A DNA stretch of 64,000 bases. It comes from Acetobacteraceae bacterium (GTDB taxonomy: Bacteria > Pseudomonadota > Alphaproteobacteria > Acetobacterales > Acetobacteraceae). A program made the position numbers and the translations under genes. Where the stretch lies: contig DATJJM010000362.1 in the NCBI GenBank assembly GCA_035492535.1, forward strand, positions 12,241-76,240, written 5' to 3'. Numbering within the stretch: position 1 is the stretch's first letter; every line of letters starts with the position of its first letter. The notes beneath the pieces were generated by a model, which did not search any database, was not told the DNA's origin, and saw only the letters and a list, made by a program, of their open reading frames with translations. Of this stretch, positions 11,159-21,387 are shown in pieces.

Positions 11159-13103
11159 GCGAGTCAGATTTCGCAGGCAGGACCACAGCCTCGCGCGGTC
11201 CCGTGCGCGTCACCACGGGCCTGGCTGGTGGCAGCGCCGTCGCCGGCACCGTCGGCGCCAGCTTGACCTCTCTATCCGAGCCAGGCCCGCGCGCCACCGC
11301 ACCGGTCGGCCGCGCAGGCTCCAACGGGATGGCAAGCTGCTGGTTGATTGTCGCCGCATTTTGAATGTCCGGCAGCATCCCGAGCATCGGCCCGATCCGT
11401 GCGATCACCCGTCCAGTCTCCGGCGCCGCGACCCAACCTGCCGTCGAGTAGCCGTAAGTGGCTTTGGTGCCGTGCGGTTCGTCGAGCATCATGTAGACGG
11501 CGTATCGCGGCGCGTTCATCGGGAACACGCTGGTGAAGGCCGCCACGTTGAAGCTCTCCTTGAACCCGCGATGGTAGCCGTGCTTGCCGACCTTCTCGGC
11601 AGTACCCGTCTTGCCACCTGGATAATAGCCGGCGACCTCCGCCTGCTTGCCAAATCCGTCGGTCACGATAAGCCGCATCAGCTTATGCATGATCTCGACC
11701 GTGGAGGGTTGCATCACCTGCACCGCGTCCGGCTGCTGATCAGGCGCCAGCGCCAGTATGGTGGGACGCACCAGTGTGCCGGTTGCAACCGCGGCCGTCC
11801 CGCGCACCACATGCAGTGGCGAGACCGAGATGCCGTGGCCGAACCCCACAGTCATCGTCACGATCTCCTTCCACGCCGCCGCCGGCTGAATGATCGGCAT
11901 CGACGCTTCCGGCAACTCGATACCGGTGCGACCAAACATGCCCATGTGCTTCAACCAGGCGCGCTGGCGTTCGGCACCAACGTTAAGCGCGATGTGCGCC
12001 GCGCCAAGGTTGGACGAGTATGCCAGCACCTCCGGCAGATAGAGCCAGCGATGCTTGCCCTCGAAGTCCGAGATCGTGTACCGGCCGATGTGGATATTGT
12101 GTGCCGCATCGAACTGGTCCCAGATGTGAACAACGCTGTTATCCAGCGCCATCGACGCGGTTTGAAGCTTGAATGTGCTGCCTGGCTCATAATTGCCGGT
12201 CACCGCCCGGTTGAACCTGTCGTCCTCTGGCGCACTGCGGAAATTATTGGTGTCATAATCGGGCAGGCTCACCATCGCCAGCACCTCGCCCGTACGCACG
12301 TCCATCACGATGCCGCAGCCGCCGATCGCCTGGAACTCGTCCATCGACCTGGAGAGTTCGTCGCGCACGACCCCTTCGATGCGCGCGTCGATCGACAGCT
12401 TCAGCGGCGAGCGGTCAGCGAATAGACGCTTGTCGAAAAACTTTTCGACCCCGGCAACGCCATGCTCATCGATGTCCACCCCACCCAACACCTGCGCCGC
12501 GACGCGACCCATCGGGTAATGCCGCTCCTCGGTAGGCCGGAAGTCGATGCCCGGAATGCCGAGCGCATTGATCTTCAGTTCCTCGCGCGGCGTGATCTGC
12601 CGTTCCAGCCATACGAACTGCTTGTTCGATTGTGAGAGGCGCGCCTTTGTCTCGTCCTCATTCAACCGAGGCAGCACCGACTTCAGTTTCCGCGCCGAGT
12701 CCGCCGGATCGACAATCTGCCGCGGATCGGCGAACACCGCGACAGTCGGCAGCGAGATCGCCAGGATCTGGCCGTTGCGGTCCGTGATCATCGCACGCTG
12801 CGCCAGCGTGGTCGCATCGATCTCCTTAGGCGCTTGGAGGAGCTGCGCGATCGGACGCTCTGGCCGGTGCGGCATCAGTGGCTGGATGACGGTCGCAACG
12901 GTCAGCTTGCCGACCACCGCCAGAAACAACACACCGAAACCGAATGCGGTGAACACCAGGCGCGAGCGGGTCTTCTCCAGTGCACCCCGGCGTTGCAGGT
13001 CCGGCCTCGTGACTCGCACGTTTTCCATGCGCGGCACAGCATCTTCACGCGCTGCGCCGACGCGAAATGCTGGTGTCGAATTGGGCGGCGGCGCGTCGCT
13101 CAT
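11145..13103 (-). CDS. ftsI: Peptidoglycan D,D-transpeptidase FtsI (PBP3) with an Ala/Pro-rich C-terminal tail
   Basis: 652 aa. N-terminal TM (LVFTAFGFGVLFLAVV). Transpeptidase motifs STFK (EPGSTFKLQT), SSN (AYSSNLG) and KTGT (GGKTGTAEK). About 60 extra low-complexity residues follow the catalytic domain. Confidence 0.9.
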   Translation of the reverse strand: MSDAPPPNSTPAFRVGAAREDAVPRMENVRVTRPDLQRRGALEKTRSRLVFTAFGFGVLFLAVVGKLTVATVIQPLMPHRPERPIAQLLQAPKEIDATTLAQRAMITDRNGQILAISLPTVAVFADPRQIVDPADSARKLKSVLPRLNEDETKARLSQSNKQFVWLERQITPREELKINALGIPGIDFRPTEERHYPMGRVAAQVLGGVDIDEHGVAGVEKFFDKRLFADRSPLKLSIDARIEGVVRDELSRSMDEFQAIGGCGIVMDVRTGEVLAMVSLPDYDTNNFRSAPEDDRFNRAVTGNYEPGSTFKLQTASMALDNSVVHIWDQFDAAHNIHIGRYTISDFEGKHRWLYLPEVLAYSSNLGAAHIALNVGAERQRAWLKHMGMFGRTGIELPEASMPIIQPAAAWKEIVTMTVGFGHGISVSPLHVVRGTAAVATGTLVRPTILALAPDQQPDAVQVMQPSTVEIMHKLMRLIVTDGFGKQAEVAGYYPGGKTGTAEKVGKHGYHRGFKESFNVAAFTSVFPMNAPRYAVYMMLDEPHGTKATYGYSTAGWVAAPETGRVIARIGPMLGMLPDIQNAATINQQLAIPLEPARPTGAVARGPGSDREVKLAPTVPATALPPARPVVTRTGPREAVVLPAKSDSLAAR

Positions 13104-13106
13104 GCC

Positions 13107-13856
13107 TCAACCGCCCCCGTTGCCATTTCCAACCCACTGCGTGGCGCTGACCGGTGTCGGCGCCGGCAGGGGCGCCGCACTGCGCGCCATGCCGAGCGCG
13201 GAACCCGTGTATGGCGTGGACTGCGGCACCACCGTCCGCGCTGCCGCGGCTGCGATCACCGGACGCGCAATGGCGTGGGATTCTGGACGCACCTCGGCAA
13301 GAACCGGGCGCGGTGGGGGCGGGGGCTTGTGCTCGACCGGCTTAGGCTCCGGGAGCTTCGCCACCGATGGCGGCGCGGCAGCCACGGCGACCGGCTTCGG
13401 TGCTTGCTCCGGGGAGGCCGCGGGCGTCGATCTTTGCTCGGGCAGCGCCTGCGGCGGCTTTGGCAGCTCAGCAACTTTCGGGGTCGCAGCCTGATCGGGC
13501 TGTGGCTGATCTTGTGCGATCGGCGGCAACGCGGTCTCCGCCGGCGCTTGCGGCGGTGGCGCCGGAGGGGGAACTGCCGGCAGGCGACTGTCCAGATCCG
13601 CCATGCTCGTGAACTGGTTCGGCTGCACCGTCTTCAACGCCAGGAACTGCTCCGCCAGCGTCTGCAAACGCTGCGGATCATTCAACAGCGTCCACTCGGC
13701 ATGCAGCACGCGCGTCTGCTCGCGCAACTTGTCGGTCGCCTGCACCGTGTCCTCGATCTTGCGGTCGAGCAACTGCACACGATGCTTGGCCTGGTAGAGA
13801 TAAAGGCCAGAGCCACACGCGAGCAGAAAGCAGATGCAGGTGATTGGCCGGATCAT
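13107..13856 (-). CDS. ftsL: FtsL-like cell division protein with a long proline-rich C-terminal extension
   Basis: 249 aa. N-terminal TM ([17 protein letters not shown]), then a coiled-coil-like segment ([32 protein letters not shown]) as in alphaproteobacterial FtsL. Canonical slot between rsmH and ftsI. The rest is P/A/Q-rich low complexity. Confidence 0.6.
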   Translation of the reverse strand: MIRPITCICFLLACGSGLYLYQAKHRVQLLDRKIEDTVQATDKLREQTRVLHAEWTLLNDPQRLQTLAEQFLALKTVQPNQFTSMADLDSRLPAVPPPAPPPQAPAETALPPIAQDQPQPDQAATPKVAELPKPPQALPEQRSTPAASPEQAPKPVAVAAAPPSVAKLPEPKPVEHKPPPPPRPVLAEVRPESHAIARPVIAAAAARTVVPQSTPYTGSALGMARSAAPLPAPTPVSATQWVGNGNGGG

Positions 13857-14797
13857 GACGGCACCGCCAAACGTTCGAGGGCACGAAGCCGCGCGCTGCG
13901 CGAGCGAGGATTGGCCGCGATCTCCGCCGCGCCTGGACGCAGCGGCCGCGCCGTGAGCAGCCGGAACCGTGGCGCCTCTCGCGCCGCGAGGCCGCGCGGA
14001 TCATGCCGCGAAGGCGCCGGCGCATGGCCGGTCGCATCAGTCATGAAACGCTTTACCAGCCGATCTTCCAGCGAATGGAATGACACGACGACGAGCCGGC
14101 CTCCGGGTGCCAGCAGCGCGCTTGCCTGGACCAGGCCGCGCTCGATCTCGCCAAGCTCATCATTCACCCTGATGCGCAGCGCCTGAAACGACCGCGTCGC
14201 GGGATCGATACCGGAACGATCGAATGGCAACGTGCCGCGGATGATCTCAGCCAGTTGCGCAGTGGTCCTGATCGGGCCCAGTGCCCGCGCCCTGACGATA
14301 GCGCGTGCGATCCGCCGCGATGCGCGTTCCTCGCCGAGCTGAAACAACGTGTCGGCCAGTTCGCGCTCGGGCAGCGTGTTCACGAGGTAGGCCGCCGTCG
14401 TGCCACTGCGCTCCATGCGCATATCGAGCGGACCATCGGACCGGAACGAAAAGCCACGCTCAACCTGATCGAGCTGGAACGACGAAACGCCCAGGTCCAG
14501 CACCACGCCGTCCAGTTCGGTGGCACCGCGCTCCACCAGCAGCTCGAGCATGTTGCCGAATTGCCCATGGATCAGGTGCAGTCCCGGATAACGAGCGGCA
14601 AGGCTTGCCCCGCGCGCGATCGCATCCGGATCGCGGTCGATAGCCCACAGCGTGCAGGACCCCGCCCGGAGGATTGCTTCGGCGTAGCCACCACCGCCAA
14701 AAGTCCCATCCAGGTAGCGGCCGCCGTCGCGCAGCGCGAGCAATCCAATGACCTCGGACAGCATCACGGGCACATGTGAAAATGTGGCCTCGCTCAT
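13853..14797 (-). CDS. rsmH: 16S rRNA (cytosine1402-N4)-methyltransferase
   Basis: 314 aa. [10 protein letters not shown]-terminus and SAM motif [18 protein letters not shown] overlaps with mraZ and ftsL. Confidence 0.95.
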   Translation of the reverse strand: MSEATFSHVPVMLSEVIGLLALRDGGRYLDGTFGGGGYAEAILRAGSCTLWAIDRDPDAIARGASLAARYPGLHLIHGQFGNMLELLVERGATELDGVVLDLGVSSFQLDQVERGFSFRSDGPLDMRMERSGTTAAYLVNTLPERELADTLFQLGEERASRRIARAIVRARALGPIRTTAQLAEIIRGTLPFDRSGIDPATRSFQALRIRVNDELGEIERGLVQASALLAPGGRLVVVSFHSLEDRLVKRFMTDATGHAPAPSRHDPRGLAAREAPRFRLLTARPLRPGAAEIAANPRSRSARLRALERLAVPS

Positions 14798-15258
14798 TTT
14801 GGACCGCTGCCCGGCAGCGTGAATCCGTGCACCCTCGCCCTCTCACGCGCTTCCGAGCGGCGCTGTTCCGCCGCCGCCGGTTCCCAAATCTGGAAGATGC
14901 GGCCGAGACCCATGAAAACGACGGTCTCATTCAGTCCGGCAAAACTGATGAGTGAATCAGGCAGAACGATGCGACCTTCCTTATCAGCCTCGACTGCAAA
15001 AGCATCGGAATACAGCGATGCTGCTAAATCATCGTGAGCCTGACTGAACAAATCGAGTCGGTTCAATGGCTCGGACAACGCCTCAAACTCGGCCGAGGGC
15101 CATGCTTCGATGCAACGGTGCTGGTGCGAAGGACGCAGCACAAGCTGCGTGCCGTTGGCTTCATCTTTGGACCGAAGTGCGTTTCGAAACGGCGCAGGAA
15201 CGGACACGCGGCCCTTGGCGTCCAACCGGTTCTGGTGGGTGCCGAGGAAATTGGCCAT
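14794..15258 (-). CDS. mraZ: Division/cell wall cluster transcriptional regulator MraZ
   Basis: 154 aa. Two SpoVT/AbrB-like half-domains ([14 protein letters not shown] and [12 protein letters not shown]). First gene of the dcw cluster. Confidence 0.95.
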   Translation of the reverse strand: MANFLGTHQNRLDAKGRVSVPAPFRNALRSKDEANGTQLVLRPSHQHRCIEAWPSAEFEALSEPLNRLDLFSQAHDDLAASLYSDAFAVEADKEGRIVLPDSLISFAGLNETVVFMGLGRIFQIWEPAAAEQRRSEARERARVHGFTLPGSGPK

Positions 15259-15308
15259 CCGTCCCCTGGGTGCCCCTCCGGGAAAATGCCTCGCTGCGTG
15301 ACTGCGCT

Positions 15309-15342
15309 TGGGAATTCATGGGTTAGCATGGGAAAATCTGGG
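15309..15342 (+). promoter_or_regulatory. Four TGGG repeats at exact 10-bp phasing; candidate MraZ operator overlapping the dcw promoter
   Basis: TGGG occurs at 15309, 15319, 15329 and 15339 (cTTGGGAAtt caTGGGTTag caTGGGAAaa tcTGGGCGtc), 51-84 nt upstream of the mraZ start. A TTGACT hexamer on the mraZ strand lies at 15354-15349. E. coli MraZ binds TGGGN direct repeats with 10-bp periodicity. Here the repeats read TGGG on the strand opposite to mraZ. Confidence 0.45.
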
Positions 15343-15727
15343 CGTCAAAGTCAATTCCGCGCTCTGCGCCGGATATTGGGGGCCACATCAAGGGCTTACG
15401 CTCGATCTGATTCCCGTTTCGTTCGCAAAATCGAGTATGATGCCCGTCGCTGCGGAATCCGGGCCAGAACTGCAAAAAGCACTCTGATAGGAGAACGGCC
15501 GTGCCGACGCCCGGGAATACCAATGCGTGAACGACCCGGAGCCCCTTCTCGGAGGCAAGAGGAGCCGAATCGTCTGCCACAAGAATGCCGGCAGTCCGCA
15601 CGGTTTCAACCTCGGCTACGTTCGGAGCAAGCGCAAGAACCGCAGGGGCGTTACTGAAAGCCGCAGCGAAATAATCCTGGCAGAATACGAGCGGTACCAG
15701 GTAGCGCCGCTTCTTCCAGCGAAGACG

Positions 15728-16113
15728 CCAGACGGCCTGTAAGCCGGGTTCTGTCCGCACTCGCGTGCGGGACGACCATTCATCTGGGACGCACCTCGCG
15801 ATGCGCCTCACGCGACCAACCCGGACGGCAAGGCGGGAATGCCCCTGCGCCTCGCGGCGCCACCATCCCTATTCGGTCTTGCTCCCGGTGGGGTTTACCT
15901 TGCCATCCCTGTTGCCAGGGACGCGGTGCGCTCTTGCCGCGCCGTTTCGCCCTTGCCCGCGGGCTGTCTCGCGACGCTTGCGCGGGCGGTGTGATTTCTG
16001 TGGCACTTTCCCTGGGGTCGCCCCCGCCGGCCGTTAACCGGCACCGTATTCCCGTGGAGCCCGGACTTTCCTCCATCAGCGTCACCGCTGTTGGCGGCCG
16101 TCCGGCCGTCTGA
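15728..16113 (-). ncRNA. rnpB: RNase P RNA, bacterial type A
   Basis: The minus strand carries the universally conserved blocks GGAGGAAAGTCCGGGCTCCA, GGTGCCGGTTAACGGCCGG, GGGAAAGTGCCACAGAAA, GGCAAGAGCGCACCGCG, GGTAAACCCCACCGGGAGCAAGACCGAATAGGGA, AGATGAATGGTCGTCC and ACAGAACCCGGCTTACAGGCCGTCTG. P1 pairs CAGACGGCC (5') with GGCCGTCTG (3'). Ends are accurate to within a few nt. Confidence 0.9.
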
Positions 16114-16146
16114 CATGACAGAAATGGTCGCGGCCGCGCCTCTGCG

Positions 16147-16623
16147 TCAAGCCTCAGATGAGCGCGGCTGCCCATAGCCATCCGTCGGGTCCAGCGATTG
16201 CCCTCGGTCCAGAAGCCCGGCGCCGGGCACGTAATTCACCTCCAGTCTGATGCCGTCAGGGTCCTCGAACAGCACCGAGTAGTATCCAGGCGCCCACGTG
16301 CTTTCCTCCGGCCCGCGCAGGATGGGCGCGCCAAGCTCACGCACCACAGCGGCCACTCGGTCCACGTCCTCGCGTTCGCGGGCCCGCAGGCACAGATGGT
16401 GCAAGCCAACTCTCTGCTGTACGAACCGTTCGCCGGCATAAGTGGGATCGCACGGCTCGATGCCAATCGCGGTCCGCGCGCCAACGCAGTAGAAGAATTT
16501 TTCACCGTCAAACACGACCTTCATCCCAAGCCGCGGCAGCAGCGCGCCATAGAAGGCACGTGCAAGGTCGAACCGGCTGACCGTCAGCACCACGTGGGCC
16601 ATGCCATTGATTGCAATTGTCAC
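16147..16623 (-). CDS. VOC (glyoxalase/bleomycin resistance/dioxygenase) family protein
   Basis: 158 aa. MAHVVLTVSRFDLARAFYGALL ... GLHHLCLRA ... YYSVLFEDPDGIRLEV fits the paired beta-alpha-beta-beta-beta VOC pattern. Confidence 0.75.
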   Translation of the reverse strand: MTIAINGMAHVVLTVSRFDLARAFYGALLPRLGMKVVFDGEKFFYCVGARTAIGIEPCDPTYAGERFVQQRVGLHHLCLRAREREDVDRVAAVVRELGAPILRGPEESTWAPGYYSVLFEDPDGIRLEVNYVPGAGLLDRGQSLDPTDGYGQPRSSEA

Positions 16624-16693
16624 TGCGCACCTGCCATTTTCTAATCAGTCAGATTGTCATTAACACTAAGCAAGCGAACGGCCTCCGCGCGGC

Positions 16694-18583
16694 CTACCCA
16701 GTGGATCCCGCCACCTGCGCCCCCGGATGGAAGTGCACATAGACCCGCCGAGCGATCTCGTGGCTGATCCCCGGCGCGGCCTCCAGGTCCGCCAGCCCCG
16801 CCATCTTCACTCCGCGCGCCGAGCCAAAGTGGTTCAGCAGCGCCCTCTTCCGAGCGGCGCCGATCCCGGCGATCTCGTCCAGTTCACTCTGCCGGATGTT
16901 CTTCGACCGTCCCGCCCGGTGAGTGGTGATCGCGAAGCGATGCGCCTCATCGCGCAGTCGCTGCAGGAAGTACAGCACCGGATCGCGCGGAGGCAGTTGG
17001 AATGGCTCCATCCCATCTGTGTAGAACCATTCGCGCCCTGCATCGCGATCCGGTCCCTTGGCGATCGCTACCAGCTTCACGTCCTGCACGCCCAGATCGA
17101 CCAACACCTCGCGAGCTGCAGACAACTGTCCCGCGCCGCCATCGATCAGCACCACATCGGGCCAATCGGCCGCCGGTGCTCCTTCCTCCTGCTCTTTCAG
17201 TGCACGGGTGAACCGCCGCTGCAGCACCTCCCGCATCATCCCGAAATCGTCGCCCGGAGTGACCGGCCCGCGGATGCCGAACTTCCGGTACGCCGCCTTG
17301 TGGAACCCATCAGGCCCCGAGACGATCATCACACCGTATGGGTTCGTCCCCATGATGTGCGAGTTGTCGTATACCTCGATCCGTTCCGGTGCCGAGGGCA
17401 ATCCGAACACCTGCGCGACCCCTTCCAGCAACTTCGCCTGCCCGGCGCTCTCCGCCAGTTTCCGCTCCAGCGCCTCGCGCGCGTTGGTCTCCGCGTGCTG
17501 CACCACCGCGCGCTTCTCCCCGCGTTGCGGCACCAGGATCTCCACCTTCCGCTCAGCCTTCAGCGAGAGTGCTTCGGCCACCAGTTCCTGCTCCGGCAGC
17601 GCGTGGTTCAGCAGCAGGCAGGGTGGCGGCGGCTTGTCGTCGTAGAACTGCGCGATGAACGCCGCGAGCACCTCCGGCGCCTCCTCCGCTCTCGCATGGC
17701 TGGGGAAGAACGCACGATTCCCGTTGTTCCGCCCGCCACGCACGAAAAACACCTGCACGCAGGTCTGCCCACCGATCTGCCACGCAGCGATCACGTCCGC
17801 GTCCTGCAGGCTCGCAGGGTTCACCACATCGTTGCCCTGCACGAAGGTCAGTGCCCGGATACGATCACGCACTGCCGCGGCATGCTCGAATTCCAATGCT
17901 CCGGCGGCCTCCTCCATCTCGGTCGCCAGCTCCCGCTGCACGGTTGCCAGCTTTCCAGCCAGGAACGCCTTGGCCTGGCCAACCAGCCGTCCATAATCCT
18001 CCTCGCTGATCCGCCCCACGCACGGCGCGGAACAGCGCCGGATCTGATACAGCAGACAAGGCCGTGTCCGGTTCGCGAACACTGTATCCGCGCAGGCGCG
18101 GAGGAGAAAAACGCGCTGCATGGCGGTCACCGTCTGGTTCACCGCCCACGCAGAGGCGAACGGCCCCCAATAGCTTCCCTTCCGCACATGGGCCCCGCGA
18201 TGCTTGGCGATCTGCGGAAAAGGGTGGTCTTCGGTCAGCATCAGCCACGGATATGACTTGTCATCCCGCAGCACGATGTTGAAGCGCGGCTTCAGGCGCT
18301 TGATCAGGTTCGCTTCCAGGAGAAGCGCCTCGGCCTCGGTGTGAGTGGTGATCACCTCCATGGCGACGGTTTCGTTGACCATTCGCCGCAGCCGTTCATC
18401 CAGCCGCCCGAGCTGGATATACGACGTGACCCGCTTTTTCAGGCTGCGCGCCTTGCCGACGTAAAGCGCGTCTCCCTTCGCATCGAGCATCCGGTAGACG
18501 CCCGGGCTCAGCGGCATGGTCTGCAGCGCGGCCTCGATTGCCGCGGCGCCGGTCGCCGCTGGTACTGGCGAAATCTCGCTCAT
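16694..18583 (-). CDS. uvrC: Excinuclease ABC subunit C
   Basis: 629 aa. GIY-YIG N-terminus ([25 protein letters not shown]), a central UvrC domain, and a C-terminal helix-hairpin-helix pair ([21 protein letters not shown]). Confidence 0.95.
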   Translation of the reverse strand: MSEISPVPAATGAAAIEAALQTMPLSPGVYRMLDAKGDALYVGKARSLKKRVTSYIQLGRLDERLRRMVNETVAMEVITTHTEAEALLLEANLIKRLKPRFNIVLRDDKSYPWLMLTEDHPFPQIAKHRGAHVRKGSYWGPFASAWAVNQTVTAMQRVFLLRACADTVFANRTRPCLLYQIRRCSAPCVGRISEEDYGRLVGQAKAFLAGKLATVQRELATEMEEAAGALEFEHAAAVRDRIRALTFVQGNDVVNPASLQDADVIAAWQIGGQTCVQVFFVRGGRNNGNRAFFPSHARAEEAPEVLAAFIAQFYDDKPPPPCLLLNHALPEQELVAEALSLKAERKVEILVPQRGEKRAVVQHAETNAREALERKLAESAGQAKLLEGVAQVFGLPSAPERIEVYDNSHIMGTNPYGVMIVSGPDGFHKAAYRKFGIRGPVTPGDDFGMMREVLQRRFTRALKEQEEGAPAADWPDVVLIDGGAGQLSAAREVLVDLGVQDVKLVAIAKGPDRDAGREWFYTDGMEPFQLPPRDPVLYFLQRLRDEAHRFAITTHRAGRSKNIRQSELDEIAGIGAARKRALLNHFGSARGVKMAGLADLEAAPGISHEIARRVYVHFHPGAQVAGSTG

Positions 18584-18825
18584 GACAGGCTTACTTGGCC
18601 TGTTCCGTGCCGTTCGGCCAGAGGCAGCTGCCGTGAGAGCAGCGTGATCCGCCTGTCTGTGGATAAGTGTGTGGGCAGGAGCGGTCGCAACCTTGTGAAA
18701 CTGGCGGATTCCCTAGGCCATAGCTTCATTGCCTAATATTTAGTCAAACCCAACTCATTGATTTTCCAAGCGTTCTTTAAAGAGCCATTACCATTCTGTT
18801 AACACTTTGAGCCACGCCGCCTGTG

Positions 18826-19266
18826 CTAAAGCCCGGTTTCCGCCGAAGTGGACAAATCCCTTCGCCGGCGTTCGATCTCCACACCCGCCGAGGCCGCGTC
18901 TGGGAAGATGTCGAGCTTTTCCACCCGCACGCGGGCGAGGTGGACCCGATGGTCGGTCAGGCAGGCCTCGGCGATCCGTTCGGCCAAGGTCTCCACGAGC
19001 CGAACATGGCCAGCCGCCACGATCGCCCGAACCTGGTTGGCCACCTTCTCGTAATCCACCACTCGCGCCAGCTCGTCCCGGCCGATCGGGGTCCGTGAGA
19101 GCGGGCGCGCACCGTCATCCTCGACCCCCAGGTCCACGTTGATCCGCACACGCTGCGGTGCGGAGTGCTCGTGCGGGTGCACGCCAATACTGGTGGTCAG
19201 AACCATGTCGCGCAGGAACATGTGGCGGAGTGCTCTGGCGCTGGTCGCAAGCGGCGGGGTTTGCAT
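18826..19266 (-). CDS. folB: Dihydroneopterin aldolase family protein
   Basis: FolB-like core (MVLTTSIGVHPHEHSAPQRVRINVDL ... VDYEKVANQVRAIV ... LVETLAERIAEACL). The ORF track starts at 19311. I chose ATG 19266 to avoid overlap with the upstream SDR gene. The internal Met at 19221 is also possible. Confidence 0.7.
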   Translation of the reverse strand: MQTPPLATSARALRHMFLRDMVLTTSIGVHPHEHSAPQRVRINVDLGVEDDGARPLSRTPIGRDELARVVDYEKVANQVRAIVAAGHVRLVETLAERIAEACLTDHRVHLARVRVEKLDIFPDAASAGVEIERRRRDLSTSAETGL

Positions 19267-19271
19267 GAGCG

Positions 19272-20054
19272 TTATTCCTGCGGCGGCAGGCTGTGGCGCC
19301 CAGACTGCCATTGCATATGCTGGCCGCCGTCAAGAGCCAGCATCTGCCCGGTCATCGCCGGCAACGAAAGGATGGCTAGCACAGCGCTGGCGATCTCCTC
19401 CGGACTGGTACCGCGTCGAAGCGGCGTGGAGGCATTCTGGTAGGCAAACTGCTCGGCTGTCTGGCGCGGACTGGGGAGCGTTGGACCGGGGCCAATGCCG
19501 TTCACCCGGATCCGTGGCGCCAGCGCCAGGGCCATCGACTGCGTCAGCGCCCAAAGTCCCGCCTTGGCGACGCTGTAGGACACAAAATGCGGCGTCAGCG
19601 ACCAGACCCTCTGGTCCAGCATGTTGATCACCACGCCCTCGGCAGTGCCCTCCAGTGCGTGGGCGAAGCCCTGCATCAGCACGAACGGGGCTCGCAGCCC
19701 CGGCTCGATATGCGCGTCCCAAGAGGCTCGCGTGGCGTCGTGCCATTCGTCACGCTCGAACGGGCTGGCATTGTTGACCAATACGCCAATCGGGCCGAGT
19801 GCCTCAGTTGCGCGGCGAAGCAGATCAGCGGTCTGGCCTTCGTCCGCAAGGTCGGCGCGCAGAGCGATTGACCGGCGGTCACACCGGCGAATCGCGGCAC
19901 AGGTGGCGTCGGCGTCCTCGCCACTGATGTGATAATGCACAGCAACGTCGAAGCCTGCTTCCGCAAGTGCCAGCGAGATGGCGCGTCCAATTCGACGCGC
20001 GCCCCCAGTCACGAGCGCGGCACGCGGGATCGCTGGCGAGATGTTTGCGGCCAT
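19272..20054 (-). CDS. SDR-family oxidoreductase (pteridine reductase-like, paired with folB)
   Basis: Rossmann motif ALVTGGARRIGRAISLALAEAG and the YSVAK catalytic Tyr/Lys. Start taken at ATG 20054 (MAANISPA), not the track start at 20108. Confidence 0.8.
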   Translation of the reverse strand: MAANISPAIPRAALVTGGARRIGRAISLALAEAGFDVAVHYHISGEDADATCAAIRRCDRRSIALRADLADEGQTADLLRRATEALGPIGVLVNNASPFERDEWHDATRASWDAHIEPGLRAPFVLMQGFAHALEGTAEGVVINMLDQRVWSLTPHFVSYSVAKAGLWALTQSMALALAPRIRVNGIGPGPTLPSPRQTAEQFAYQNASTPLRRGTSPEEIASAVLAILSLPAMTGQMLALDGGQHMQWQSGRHSLPPQE

Positions 20055-20120
20055 GTTGGTATCCGGGGCTCCGGCCGGGACATTGACCGCGCCGCCGCAT
20101 GCAGGCAAGGCCGTGCGGCG

Positions 20121-21269
20121 TCACCCTTCCAGGAAATGCCCAAAGGCACGCAACGGCGTCAGATCGTCGCAGACAATCTTGGTGATCGCCAGCATGGGCA
20201 CTGCAAGGATGGCGCCTGGCACACCCCACATCCAATACCAGAACAGCAGCGCCAGGATGACGGCCACCGGATTGATCGTGAAGCGCCGTGCCAGCAGCAT
20301 CGGCGTGACGATTTCCCCCTCGATCACGTGGATCAGGACGTAGAGGCCGACAGGCAGCAGCGCCCACCAGGTAACCCCGAGCGACAGCACGCCAGCCATC
20401 AGAAAGATCACCATCGCTACCATAGGCCCCAGGATCGGCACGAAATTCACCGCGAACGCGATCAATCCCCATAGCAGGGGATTGGCCACGCCGGTCGCCC
20501 ACATCACGCAGAACGTCAGCGTGCCGACCACTAGGTTGATCAGCGTCACGGTGATGAGATAGGCGGAGATGTTCCGCTCGATATCGAGCGTGATCTCCAC
20601 TGCCTGCCGCTTCTCCGCGAACGACGGAAGGATCTCGACGAAACGGCGCATGAAGGTTTCGCCCGAAACCAGCAGGAAGAACAACACCACCAGCGTGGTG
20701 AACAATCCGGCGGCGGCGGTGGTGGTGCCGCTGAACAGCGCGCCCATCACGTTGACCGAGTGGGACGGACCCTGGGGCAATCCGCCATTGACCCCCGTCA
20801 CGTCCTGTAGCTGACCCAGCATCCATCCCAGCGACTCGATAGGCCGCGTCAGAAATGCAAGCTGCTGCTGAATCTTCGGGATGGCCTCCGGCAGCTTGCC
20901 GGCCCAGGATGCCGCCGGACCGGCCACTCCACTGATCAGCGCAGCCAGCCCCAGAACGAGCAACGCGATTGCCAGCGCCGCCCCCACCCCGTGCGGCACG
21001 CCGAGCCGGTCAGTGAGTCGCACCACTGGCTGAAGGAACAGCTTCAACACGATCGCGAGTACGACCGGCAATACGATCGGCGAGGCAACGTAGAGCGCGG
21101 CCAGCAGGGCGAGAATGAACAGTCCGCCGAGGAAGATGGTTCGCGGCTCGGTGGGCAGCGGCATCGCCTCACGCCCTTCGTGCGCGACTGCAGGCTCTGG
21201 CGCCCGGACGGTCTCGGTGGCGTTGTCGACCGTTTCCTCGATCGCTTTCGCCGCCGCCGGAGCACTCAT
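20121..21269 (-). CDS. AI-2E family transporter (PerM/UPF0118-type permease)
   Basis: Polytopic membrane protein whose pattern is typical of the family (FLGGLFILALLAALYV ... FVPILGPMVAMVIFLMAG ... LLFWYWMWGVPGAILAVPML). Start trimmed to ATG 21269 so it does not overlap the DUF1194 gene. Confidence 0.8.
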   Translation of the reverse strand: MSAPAAAKAIEETVDNATETVRAPEPAVAHEGREAMPLPTEPRTIFLGGLFILALLAALYVASPIVLPVVLAIVLKLFLQPVVRLTDRLGVPHGVGAALAIALLVLGLAALISGVAGPAASWAGKLPEAIPKIQQQLAFLTRPIESLGWMLGQLQDVTGVNGGLPQGPSHSVNVMGALFSGTTTAAAGLFTTLVVLFFLLVSGETFMRRFVEILPSFAEKRQAVEITLDIERNISAYLITVTLINLVVGTLTFCVMWATGVANPLLWGLIAFAVNFVPILGPMVAMVIFLMAGVLSLGVTWWALLPVGLYVLIHVIEGEIVTPMLLARRFTINPVAVILALLFWYWMWGVPGAILAVPMLAITKIVCDDLTPLRAFGHFLEG

Positions 21270-21387
21270 GTCGCGGTTCCTTCCGAGCCCAGGCCTATCC
21301 CCCACAACGGGTCGAGCAGTGCGCCGGTTCATCACACGATTGGGGCATCGGTTCGGCGGGAAAGTGTCGTTTGAGCGCGCGGCCGAA

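Noticed and set aside
10686-12425. 579-aa plus-strand ORF
   Set aside because: It is antisense to ftsI and murE. The translation is low-information and Arg/His-rich. Shadow ORF.
15323-15811. 162-aa minus-strand ORF between mraZ and rnpB
   Set aside because: Its 5' third lies inside the RNase P RNA gene, and its 3' end runs through the putative mraZ promoter and operator. It has weak third-position G+C bias and no usable start outside rnpB. At most it is a decayed remnant (kept as a note in a finding).
18602-18615. GTTC-N6-GTTC direct repeat just upstream of uvrC, considered as an alphaproteobacterial LexA (SOS) box
   Set aside because: The established alphaproteobacterial SOS box is GTTC-N7-GTTC, whereas the spacing here is 6. 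A single occurrence is not enough to call.
18658-18666. Perfect DnaA-box nonamer TGTGGATAA in the A/T-rich uvrC-folB intergenic region
   Set aside because: It is a single box with no cluster of boxes, no adjacent origin-type gene context (hemE, dnaA, parAB) and no DUE-like repeats. It is most likely fortuitous or a minor regulatory site.
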